The translations under genes were made by a program, and so were the position numbers. 64,000 nucleotides of DNA, taken from positions 1-64,000 of IMG/VR virus record IMGVR_UViG_3300046517_002304; one strand, written 5' to 3'. A model generated the notes under the pieces. The model did not search any database. It had not been told where the DNA came from and worked only from the letters and a program-made list of their open reading frames with translations. Position 1 is the first letter of the stretch, and the number at the start of each line of letters is the position of its first letter. Shown here in pieces: positions 55,691-64,000 of this stretch.

Positions 55691-56424
55691 GGTTAAATAA
55701 GATTTATTATGGAAATTGTGTTGACGTTATGTCTGGATGCATAGAAGACAATACAATTCATTTAATTGTTACTTCACCGCCGTATCACATCCAAAAGGAC
55801 TATGAGAAAAAAACTACTTACGATGATTATTGTGCGATGATGGAGTCTTTCTTTAAAGAATCGCAACGAGCTTTAATTGGCGGCGGATATTTGGTTGTAA
55901 ACTTTGGAGATTACTTTAATTCTGGTAATCGGTTTTATACGTCTGATGTTCCTGCATGTTACCCAGCAGCGTTAAACTATTTTAACTGGGGCGTCACAAA
56001 AGCCGGAATGGACTTGCAAGCAACAAGAATATGGAGAAAGAAATTTGCAAAAATGGGAATCCCGTTTGTTTGCAACAAAGCGCCTCGTGGAATTTATGAT
56101 TATGAACATATTTGGACGTTTAGAAAAAAGAATGGAAGTAAAGAAGAGTTTGTAAACGATAGAAAGTTATCTCAGCGTGGAGTGCTGGGGGAATCTTGGA
56201 AATCAGCGGCTAAGATAGGCGAGCATTGTTCTGGATTCCCAGTTGAACTACCAGAGTGGGCTATTAAAGTTTATAGTAAAAATGAGAGCGATATTGTTTT
56301 AGATCCGTTCATCGGTGGAGGCACGACGGCAGTTGCGGCCAAAAACCTTGGGCGTAGCTATATCGGGATAGACTGCTGCGCAGAATATTGTAAATTAGCT
56401 ATGGAAAGATTAATGACGCAATAA
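55684..56424 (+). CDS. Beta-class N4C/N6A DNA methyltransferase
   Basis: TSPPY, HCSGFP, LDPFIGGGTT. Confidence 0.9.
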   Translation: MLGLNKIYYGNCVDVMSGCIEDNTIHLIVTSPPYHIQKDYEKKTTYDDYCAMMESFFKESQRALIGGGYLVVNFGDYFNSGNRFYTSDVPACYPAALNYFNWGVTKAGMDLQATRIWRKKFAKMGIPFVCNKAPRGIYDYEHIWTFRKKNGSKEEFVNDRKLSQRGVLGESWKSAAKIGEHCSGFPVELPEWAIKVYSKNESDIVLDPFIGGGTTAVAAKNLGRSYIGIDCCAEYCKLAMERLMTQ

Positions 56425-56470
56425 GACGTTGACGATCTAATTAATAGAATTTTTAAAAAAGGAAATGATT

Positions 56471-56641
56471 ATGAATTTTGTAGCTGGGGACGTAGTGAAG
56501 CATAAGTCGGGAAAAGGGCCAAAGATGGTTGTAGTTTTTACAGAAATTAGCGCAACACCAGTATGGTGTCAGTACTGGAATGATCCGATACAACTATTTC
56601 AGCAATTTGCTTTTGCAGCAGAAGTGCTTAAGAAGGTTTAG
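56471..56641 (+). CDS. YodC/DUF2158-like small protein
   Basis: Manual translation MNFVAGDVVKHKSGKGPKMVV..WCQYW..FAAEVLKKV. Confidence 0.75.
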   Translation: MNFVAGDVVKHKSGKGPKMVVVFTEISATPVWCQYWNDPIQLFQQFAFAAEVLKKV

Positions 56642-56647
56642 TCGTCT

Positions 56648-56929
56648 ATGAAAAACGAAGAATGGTCAGAGTATGCTTATACTGAAAACGGCGTAGAGAA
56701 GAAGGCATATTACAAGTGGGCTGAAATAAAGCCATATTGGGATGACATAGGTGGAATGCTTCATACACATGATTTTGTATGGAAGGATGGCTCTGCTCCC
56801 GCTGCATTTTATGAAGAGAATCAAAAAAGTTTTGACCGTCATATGAAGTTTATGTATGCAGTGCTTATTGCTTTGGTATTGGGATTTTTAGGCATGGTAA
56901 TACACATATGTTCAGTGGGCCGCTGCTGA
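56648..56929 (+). CDS. Hypothetical protein with C-terminal TM helix
   Basis: 93 aa. Confidence 0.6.
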   Translation: MKNEEWSEYAYTENGVEKKAYYKWAEIKPYWDDIGGMLHTHDFVWKDGSAPAAFYEENQKSFDRHMKFMYAVLIALVLGFLGMVIHICSVGRC

Positions 56930-56966
56930 TTTTTATCTGCTAAAACAGATTTTGGCCATTTCCCGC

Positions 56967-56994
56967 TTGATCATAATTTCTTTTCTGCTAGAGT
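56967..56994 (+). promoter_or_regulatory. Sigma70-type promoter
   Basis: TTGATC-N16-TAGAGT with a TGn extension. Confidence 0.5.
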
Positions 56995-57043
56995 ACCCGA
57001 AGCTGTTTTTAGCACGTAAAAAACCGTTGAGCAGGACGACCAA

Positions 57044-57958
57044 ATGCCTGAATTAAAGATTGAAAAAGTCAAGTGGAAGTGGGCCAAAGAGGTACAGCAA
57101 AAGAGCGTTTACCGCGACGACGAATTTGTACGCACTAAGACAGCCGAAGATGCTCTTGCCGCCACTGATTTTTTGTTAACAAAACCGAGTGGCTTGACAT
57201 ATACCATCACAGTTATTCGTGATGGCGAATATTTTACTTACTACCGGCATTCAATGCCATGTCTTGGCGGGCTTGTGAAATACCGAGATTCACATGGTTC
57301 ACGGCATTTCATGAATCCGTATTTCCCGAGAGATATTCGTGTTGCTTATCCAGACGGAGATACTGTCTTTATTGGTTGCGCCCGCCAAAACACCAAAGAT
57401 GTTTTTAAGAGTACTCCATATTACGAATTCATTTTCTCTCCAGAGTCGCCATGGGTGTCTGCCTTTGGCAAGAAAGAGTCAATAATATTTAAAGACAACT
57501 ACTTTGTCCTTACGGATATGAATACCGATCCAACGGTTTTCTATTCTTTAATGAGGTTGGGTGGATTTGCATATCACCATGGAGCTAGCTCTAAACGCGA
57601 TCCGAGAGCGGAAATTCTCTTAACCAAGACGACCGCCGGTGATCCGCGTAGGCTAGCTGGACAGAAGCCTCTACGAATTTCTGGAGGCACATGGGCGGAA
57701 GGATTCGGATACACTCGTCCATATAATGAGTCTATTTTTAAGACAACACTGCCGACCAAGTATAAGGATTTCGGCAAGTTAGCGGGGTATCCGAACGCTC
57801 CTTACGATAATTCGCATTTCATTTCTGAAATGAAGAAGGTGTTTAATGTCACCTTTGCGGCTGGGGTGAACGCCTTAGCAAAAATAGAAGACGATGTGTT
57901 GATAAAAGCTTGGGATTATTTTAAGAAGCAGTCCGAAGAATTGAGCGATACGGTTTAG
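57044..57958 (+). CDS. Hypothetical protein (probably early)
   Basis: 304 aa, AGGA SD, sigma70-like promoter upstream. Confidence 0.7.
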   Translation: MPELKIEKVKWKWAKEVQQKSVYRDDEFVRTKTAEDALAATDFLLTKPSGLTYTITVIRDGEYFTYYRHSMPCLGGLVKYRDSHGSRHFMNPYFPRDIRVAYPDGDTVFIGCARQNTKDVFKSTPYYEFIFSPESPWVSAFGKKESIIFKDNYFVLTDMNTDPTVFYSLMRLGGFAYHHGASSKRDPRAEILLTKTTAGDPRRLAGQKPLRISGGTWAEGFGYTRPYNESIFKTTLPTKYKDFGKLAGYPNAPYDNSHFISEMKKVFNVTFAAGVNALAKIEDDVLIKAWDYFKKQSEELSDTV

Positions 57959-57978
57959 TATATAAGTGGAGAAATAAA

Positions 57979-58164
57979 ATGGCGGCTGACCCAAACGGAA
58001 TTAATTATCCAGAAGACCCAGAATTACGACGAATACTCGCAAATGAGATTCGGAAGTTGCAGGAAAGCACTCCTGAAAGAAAAGCGACTACAGAAGCGTC
58101 TAAACATTGGTCAGAATATGCCGCAAAAGTAGTTAAAAGAATTCAAAGCGAAAGAGGGAATTAA
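57979..58164 (+). CDS. Hypothetical protein
   Basis: 61 aa, GGAG SD. Confidence 0.6.
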   Translation: MAADPNGINYPEDPELRRILANEIRKLQESTPERKATTEASKHWSEYAAKVVKRIQSERGN

Positions 58165-58170
58165 TATAAA

Positions 58171-58971
58171 TCAGTTCCACCATGATAATACTTCCTGATT
58201 CGCTTTTCCGCGAATTCCAGAAATACCGCCCTTGCTTCTGGCGCAGTTAATAGCCACATAATTGTCTGATAACGGAATAGCTTCAGACACATAGCATTTG
58301 CATTTTAATCCAGCGGCATACTTCACTACATCAAATGAATGTCCGTATCCAGTAGTGCCAGAATAAGGTGGGTCAATGTATACAACTCCATTTGTTGGAA
58401 TAAATGTTGTAATATCTTGGTGATATGCTTTAATTCCTGACATATGTTCTACGATAGCCGACATACGCTCATACAGCGTATCTTTCATTGGCATCATTGG
58501 ATTAACTGGACTTCGGCGGTTTGAAGTCTCGGTCGGAAGCCAGTAGCTACGAAAGCTAGTATTCTTCCATTTATTATCATTGATCCATATTGCTTTAGAT
58601 CCAAAGGAACCTGCTTGTAGAATTAAGTAAACATATGGAGTTAATATGTCGGCGGGTTGTTGGGATAGATTTTTAATATAACTTTGTATTTCAGAAATAC
58701 TTTTTGGTATCTTACCTAATTCGCTTTTGAAAATATCTAGGCTAAAGGTTTTGTCGGCGATACTTTGCCAGACAATTCCCCAAGGGCCAGCATCAAGCAT
58801 ATGAATTTTACTTGGATTGTATCCGCGATTTATTAACTCAATACTAATTGAACCGGAGCCACAACAAAGATCATAAAAGTTTTTGTGGTCGGTTCCTATA
58901 ATATCAGTTATCTGTTTGGATATTCTAGATTTGCCGCCTTGATAAGCTACTGGCGTTTGGATTCGGACCAT
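58171..58971 (-). CDS. D12-class DNA adenine methyltransferase-like
   Basis: YQGGKSR, DLCCGSGSIS, YIDPPY. Confidence 0.85.
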   Translation of the reverse strand: MVRIQTPVAYQGGKSRISKQITDIIGTDHKNFYDLCCGSGSISIELINRGYNPSKIHMLDAGPWGIVWQSIADKTFSLDIFKSELGKIPKSISEIQSYIKNLSQQPADILTPYVYLILQAGSFGSKAIWINDNKWKNTSFRSYWLPTETSNRRSPVNPMMPMKDTLYERMSAIVEHMSGIKAYHQDITTFIPTNGVVYIDPPYSGTTGYGHSFDVVKYAAGLKCKCYVSEAIPLSDNYVAINCARSKGGISGIRGKANQEVLSWWN

Positions 58972-59120
58972 TTTTTGAGATTATCTAATATTTCTTGCGG
59001 TGGTAGCGAGAATGGATAGAATGGATGTAGTTTTCTGGCGGCTATGTCGGCATTATATTGTTGCGTGCATAGGATTGGAAATAGCTTGGCTGCTAGTATG
59101 AAGTCGTCGCGGGAAATCAT
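58947..59120 (-). CDS. Hypothetical protein
   Basis: ATGA-coupled to the endonuclease stop. Confidence 0.45.
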   Translation of the reverse strand: MISRDDFILAAKLFPILCTQQYNADIAARKLHPFYPFSLPPQEILDNLKKWSESKRQ

Positions 59121-60259
59121 GATAATAATGAATCTGGATCGCAATACTTATTTCTTGCCTGAATTGCATCATTAAGTACCTTAAATTTACCTATTGTTTT
59201 TCGTTTTCCGTTAACTGGAGCAGTAACTAAATAATGTCCTGATTTTAAATAGTTTATATATTTGTGGCCTGATTTAGGGAGAAGATCACACGGACATAAA
59301 GATTTTTCGTTTATTGAGTGCGGAGTTTTAGTAAAGGTAACTCCATGACAACATTTTAACACTACATGAATATCTGTTGACTGGTAATCAGACATTAAGT
59401 TCCACTTAAGTTTATCTAATTTTTCTTTTAATACCTGCTTACTATGAGCGACTATTTCTAGCGACTTACTTTCACGATTCTCGCACTTACGCGCAAAGCA
59501 TTTCCATGGTATAAAAGGCTTGACTCCGGCGATGAAGTTAAACCAGTTATCCCCCGATAATCTAATGATTGGGTGATTGTTATCATGCCTATTTCTTAAG
59601 TATATTTTCCCAGATACTCCTAGATCTCTTTGTAGTACATAATTCAAAAATTCAGCATCGTGTAACGTAAATCCATCGGTGTGAAGTACGAGGTATCTGC
59701 CGTCTATATTATTATGTCCATCATCGCAAAACCATACTGCCGCCGCTACCCACGATAGATTAATTTCTTGAGGTATGGATTTTATACCACTTGGATACCA
59801 TTTATTTCTAAGTTCTAAAAAAATAGGATGCTGTACAGTTCTAAATGATACCGAATACGAGTATTCCCCACCCCAGTTAGATATTTCATGATTAATACAT
59901 CCGTTAACAGATGATGGTTTTCTTCGTTTGATTTCTTTTAATTCTAATGAAAAAGGAGATAATATACTTTTTATGAAAGACACATATTCAGTATTATTGC
60001 TCATTTGCTTAAGAGTGAATCTACTTTGAGAGTAATTGCCCTTAGGCTTCTCAAGAGAGCCGTCGCCCAGTAAATTTCCAGTTATATATTCTGTTTGTAT
60101 GGCGGTTAGAACATTTGGGTATAATGCTGCATGTTGAGCAGATTTATGTTTAGCCGCGCAATCTGCGGAGCAGCATTTTCTTTTATTTTCTTGTGACGGA
60201 ATAACAAAAAATTTAGAACCACAGCATAAGCATATTTTGTCCGACCCGCTCATCGTCAT
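59117..60259 (-). mobile_element. Free-standing LAGLIDADG homing endonuclease (Zn finger + LAGLIDADG_2 + AP2-like)
   Basis: CLCC..CCSADC, GNLLGDG, WFCDDG, C-terminal GKF..DAIQARN; overlaps the nrdB stop. Confidence 0.85.
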
Positions 60260-61314
60260 AGTTCAAACCCACTTAAATCCATACTTTGAACATCATTGAC
60301 CATAGCATTAATTTTGTAGTTAGTCAAGGTATGCTCTTGAGGAGCAACTTGAACTGCCGATGTATTGTTCCAGTTTGAGAGCCATCCGATAGGATTCTTA
60401 ACATTGCCAAAAAGTTGTGGTAATCCGAGAGATTTAGTTCTAATATTACATAACCATTCTATGTACTGAGCGAGTATTTTTTCATTCAGCCCAAGGATAG
60501 AGCCATCTTTAAATAAATATTCAGCCCATTGCTTTTCGGATTCAACGGCATCCTTAAACATATCCATTGCTATATCTTTATTTTTCTTAACGGTTTCAGT
60601 AAATCCTTCATCATCTACATTGGTTAGCAGTTTAATAATTTGCTGAGTGATAATTACGTGTTTATTTTCATCTCTGTTTATAAGCTTTAAAATATCGGCA
60701 TTCCCAATTAGCTTACGATTCTGGCCGAATGCGAAGCTGCAAGCAAACGAGACGTAAAACTTAATACTTTCCATGATATTAGTCGCTATTAAGCTTAAGA
60801 AAATATTATCTTTAATGTTATCTTTGGTAGAATTTAGAAGATTGTCATATTTTTCCTTTGTAGATTGTGCTCTACTAACAATTTCTTTATCTTCTAAAAT
60901 ACTATTAAATATTTCATTAGGGTCATTAAAAATGCCTTTGATCACGTACGTATAGCTATATGAATGTATATTTTCGAAGAACATCCACGTATTCATCGCA
61001 AACTCTAGTTCTGGTAAACTCACATGCTCTGTGAGCGTATTGATATATCTGGAAATAATTGAATCTAGTAAAGTTTGATATTTAAGATTAGATGTAAAAA
61101 TAAATTGTTCATTCTTACTTAGACTGTCAAATGACGCTTTGTCTAATTCTACGGATACTTCTTCAGGCGTCCAAAAATTTTGAATTTGTTCTCTAGCCAA
61201 CTTGTAAAATACTGGATATCGAAACGCATCGTATCTTTGCAACGAGAGTTTTGCTCCGAGAAACATTGGTTCTTTTGTGGTATCTACTGTTATATTATTT
61301 AAAACTGTTTTCAT
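60256..61314 (-). CDS. nrdB: Ribonucleotide reductase class Ia beta subunit
   Basis: FWTPEE, QTLLDS, ENIHSYSY, ESIKFYVSF, RDENKH, VAPQE. Confidence 0.95.
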   Translation of the reverse strand: MKTVLNNITVDTTKEPMFLGAKLSLQRYDAFRYPVFYKLAREQIQNFWTPEEVSVELDKASFDSLSKNEQFIFTSNLKYQTLLDSIISRYINTLTEHVSLPELEFAMNTWMFFENIHSYSYTYVIKGIFNDPNEIFNSILEDKEIVSRAQSTKEKYDNLLNSTKDNIKDNIFLSLIATNIMESIKFYVSFACSFAFGQNRKLIGNADILKLINRDENKHVIITQQIIKLLTNVDDEGFTETVKKNKDIAMDMFKDAVESEKQWAEYLFKDGSILGLNEKILAQYIEWLCNIRTKSLGLPQLFGNVKNPIGWLSNWNNTSAVQVAPQEHTLTNYKINAMVNDVQSMDLSGFEL

Positions 61315-61315
61315 G

Positions 61316-63577
61316 TTACAAGCTGCATGCTCCTGACTCGCATCCTCTTATTTGAGATTCATCAGTACTATCGACATAACCATCGTTTGAGTTGAGGTAA
61401 TAAAGTGTTTTAATTCCAACTTTCCATGCATATAATTGCTCTTTTATGATCAAACTCATTGGAATTTCTTTGGTCTCAAAGTGATCATAATTATAGTACA
61501 CGTTGGTTGAAATGGACATATCTACGTACTTCTGGCAAGTGGCAGCGATGTTAAGCATTCCGATATTGCTTCGCATGTCAAATGCTTTAGTGTAATGATT
61601 TTTATAACGATTAAATTCTGGTACAATTTGCTTTAAGTTCCCTTTTTTAGATTTTTTAATCGATAAAAGTTGTCTCGGTGCCTCAATTCCATTTGTACTA
61701 TTTTGAATGACCGAAGAACTTTCTACTGGCATAATTGCCGTTAGCGTACTATGTCTTAGTCCGTATTTTATTATATCGGCACGAAGTGCTTCCCAGTTGA
61801 ATGAAAGTTTTCTATCCACGATAGTGTCTACAAACTTTGTGTATGTATCTATTGGCAGGATACCTTGCGAATACTTAGTGAGATTAAATTTTTTGCATGC
61901 TCCTTTTTCCTTAGCAAGATTACAAGATGCCTTAAGTAGATTGTATTGAATTGCTTCCATCCATTCATCTATAAGGTAACATGCTTTTGGATCTTCGTAT
62001 TTTAACTTATTTACAGCAAGAAATGCCGCCAGATTTGTTATTCCCACACCTAGAGATCTTCTATTAACGGCAAAATTTTCTGCCGCCTTAACTGGGTATT
62101 GCTGATGATCAATAACAGCGTCAAGTAATCGTACGATAATATCGCAAACTGATTCTAGTTCGTCAAAATCTTTTATTTTTAATAAATTAACTGCTGATAG
62201 TATGCATACTCCAATTTCTGCATCTGGATCATCTATATGTTTTTGGGGCACTAGAGGCTGGAGAATCTCACAACACAAGTTTGTAACATTGATTTTGTCC
62301 TTGAAACTATTGTGTGAATTAGCATGATCAACGTTTAGGGCATAAATTCTCCCAGTTTCCAATCGTTCGCGTACATATGCTTCCATGAACTCTTTTGCCT
62401 TGACTTTTTTTCTAAATTGTAAACTTTCGTCTTTTTCGTACTTCTTATACAAATCGTCAAATTCAGGAAGACCAAATGCAGAATAAAGCCCTTTTGCCTC
62501 ATGCGGAGAAAATAAGGTAATATAATCATCCGCAATTAATCTTTCATAAAATAATTTACTAAATGAAACGCAGTAGTCTAATTGTCTGACAGAGAATTCA
62601 GCAGTTTTAGAATTATTTTTTAGTGTTATCATTTCCATGGATTCGTAGTGCCAGAATGGAAATGTGACGGTTGCGTTTGCTCCTCTAATTCCATTCTGGC
62701 TGCATGACTTAACCGTTGCCTCAAAAATTTTAGCGTAAGGTATTACTCCAGTGTGCACTACTTCAGATTTGCGAATGGGAGATCCTATTGGGCGAATTCT
62801 CCCAAGATTGATGCCAATCCCCGCTCGTTTACTGGAGTAGTAAGCGACAGACGTTGCCGCACTCATGATTCCTTCCATTGAATCATCAATATCGATTAAG
62901 CAGCATGAACTGTACTGCCGAACTAGTGTTCTAACACCAGCCATTATTGGAGTTGGTAAATTAATTTTAAACTTACTGATATAATCATAGCACTTACGGA
63001 CATAATGTAGACGGCAATCTTCTGGATAATTTGCGAATAAAGTCATAGCAATTAATATGTTCGCAAACTGCGGAGTTTCGTGTAATGTTCCGGTAAGTCG
63101 GTCTTGGCACAAATATTTATCGACTAACTGCTGTAGTCCCGCATAAGTGAAATCATAATCCCTATCATGATTTACAAAGCGATTAATTTTATGAATTTCT
63201 GTTTCGGTATACTTTTCTAAAATAAACTTGTCGTAAATTCCCTTATTTACATTTTCTTGAATTTGCTCTAATAATCGGGGAGGTTCTTCGCCGCCCCAAA
63301 CTTCTTTCCTTACCCAGAATAAAAGTAAACGAGCTGCCACATATTGATATGAGGGAGCATCTTCTGATATCAAATTATTCGCTGATCGAATGAGCAAATT
63401 GTGAATTTCTTTAGTCGAAATGCCATCCACTAATTCCAACTTCGCCCCGACCTCAATTTCCGACACAGAAGTATCTGGATAACCATCACACCCCCAACTT
63501 AAAACCTTATGAATTTTCTCAATATCTAACTCTTCCAGCCGCCCATTCCTCTTCCTTACATTAATTTTTCCCGACAT
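61316..63577 (-). CDS. nrdA: Ribonucleotide reductase class Ia alpha subunit with ATP cone
   Basis: VRKRNG ATP cone, PTPIMAG, SSCC, NLCCEI, MPVESSS, TLYY, C-terminal CESGAC. Confidence 0.97.
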   Translation of the reverse strand: MSGKINVRKRNGRLEELDIEKIHKVLSWGCDGYPDTSVSEIEVGAKLELVDGISTKEIHNLLIRSANNLISEDAPSYQYVAARLLLFWVRKEVWGGEEPPRLLEQIQENVNKGIYDKFILEKYTETEIHKINRFVNHDRDYDFTYAGLQQLVDKYLCQDRLTGTLHETPQFANILIAMTLFANYPEDCRLHYVRKCYDYISKFKINLPTPIMAGVRTLVRQYSSCCLIDIDDSMEGIMSAATSVAYYSSKRAGIGINLGRIRPIGSPIRKSEVVHTGVIPYAKIFEATVKSCSQNGIRGANATVTFPFWHYESMEMITLKNNSKTAEFSVRQLDYCVSFSKLFYERLIADDYITLFSPHEAKGLYSAFGLPEFDDLYKKYEKDESLQFRKKVKAKEFMEAYVRERLETGRIYALNVDHANSHNSFKDKINVTNLCCEILQPLVPQKHIDDPDAEIGVCILSAVNLLKIKDFDELESVCDIIVRLLDAVIDHQQYPVKAAENFAVNRRSLGVGITNLAAFLAVNKLKYEDPKACYLIDEWMEAIQYNLLKASCNLAKEKGACKKFNLTKYSQGILPIDTYTKFVDTIVDRKLSFNWEALRADIIKYGLRHSTLTAIMPVESSSVIQNSTNGIEAPRQLLSIKKSKKGNLKQIVPEFNRYKNHYTKAFDMRSNIGMLNIAATCQKYVDMSISTNVYYNYDHFETKEIPMSLIIKEQLYAWKVGIKTLYYLNSNDGYVDSTDESQIRGCESGACSL

Positions 63578-63681
63578 TTATTCTCAATCCTTCTTATTTT
63601 TAGATAAGGTATGTAAGTATAACATACTCAAATTTTATACTCTTGCCCGACATACATATATCGTGGATTATAGGACAACGC

Positions 63682-64000
63682 ATGAAAACTTTTTTAGAAT
63701 ATTTTCAACTATATGAAGACACATCAAATGATGTGCAGATGGCTTTCGGTGATGCCGAAAGTAAGGTAAAAAGTATATTCGCATACCTACACAAGGTTAT
63801 GATGAATACGTGGGGAAAACAGGCTCCATCGTGGGATGATCAATTAAAAAACAAGGTAATCGGTGAGCTACAAAACGTTATTGACAAGCTTAAAGGAAAA
63901 GTAAATAAAACCGAAGCATGTGATGCCGCAAAAATGGCAGTCAAAGAAAGCATTGTTTTGCTTGAAGGCGGCGCAATTCCAGATTGGATGCAAGGTATGG
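63682..64000 (+). CDS. Partial protein with capsid-targeting-like N-terminus
   Basis: Manual translation MKTFLEYFQLYED..., open to the window end; AGGA SD and TACATA upstream. Confidence 0.7.
   Translation, partial: MKTFLEYFQLYEDTSNDVQMAFGDAESKVKSIFAYLHKVMMNTWGKQAPSWDDQLKNKVIGELQNVIDKLKGKVNKTEACDAAKMAVKESIVLLEGGAIPDWMQGM

Noticed and set aside
1381-62535. Many short antisense or alternate-frame ORFs in the track (e.g. 2681-2929, 11722-12087, 23707-24102, 33553-33966, 52294-52851)
   Set aside because: They lie within well-supported genes and mirror their codon patterns; no motifs or expression signals.
63601-63616. TAGATA-aggt-ATG-TAA, a promoter box followed by a start-stop
   Set aside because: Single instance overlapping a TACATA box on the opposite strand that plausibly serves nrdA; cannot be separated from chance.
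1-64000. Stop-codon reassignment, tRNAs, inteins or introns in nrdA/nrdB/recA/dnaB
   Set aside because: Coding density is high under the standard code with all three stops used; conserved genes are of normal length; no cloverleaf seen in the short intergenic gaps.

Overview
This is a 64 kb, AT-rich, gene-dense segment of a large T4-like ('jumbo') phage genome using the standard genetic code. I saw no tRNA, rRNA or CRISPR array. Replication, recombination and nucleotide genes include UvsX/RecA, a gp32-like SSB, a UvsY-like protein, DnaB/gp41, UvsW, a Hel308-like helicase, two short family-A-like polymerases, a resolvase, dCMP deaminase and class Ia NrdAB with a free-standing LAGLIDADG endonuclease. 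There are four DNA methyltransferase-like genes. The accessory load is large: a dispersed ADP-heptose system (HldE kinase, HldD, five GT9-like transferases, a GT2, several SAM methyltransferases), a phiEco32-type amidoligase/GATase set, lysine aminotransferase, an amidinotransferase, four proteases plus a thioredoxin, and chaperone-related genes (McsA, a J-protein, an Hsp20 fusion). The most striking patterns, all read directly from the sequence, are: (1) a TA[A/T]ATA hexamer exactly 4 nt upstream of ATG at ten genes, implying leaderless late mRNAs, including one palindromic bidirectional site; (2) twelve unrelated proteins sharing a T4-like capsid-targeting N-terminus, among them ART-like, GNAT-like and phosphatase enzymes; (3) one unnamed SH3-like module shared by the J-protein, the Hsp20 fusion and a third protein; (4) a gene bracketed exactly by a 25-bp direct repeat at stop/start junctions; (5) two long-loop hairpins carrying SD/anti-SD-like loops; (6) an unannotated metallothionein-like exported peptide. 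McsA, GYF_2 and DUF2934 domains weakly suggest a PVC-superphylum (e.g. planctomycete) host; this is inference only. All family calls come from motif recognition by eye, and no database searches were run.
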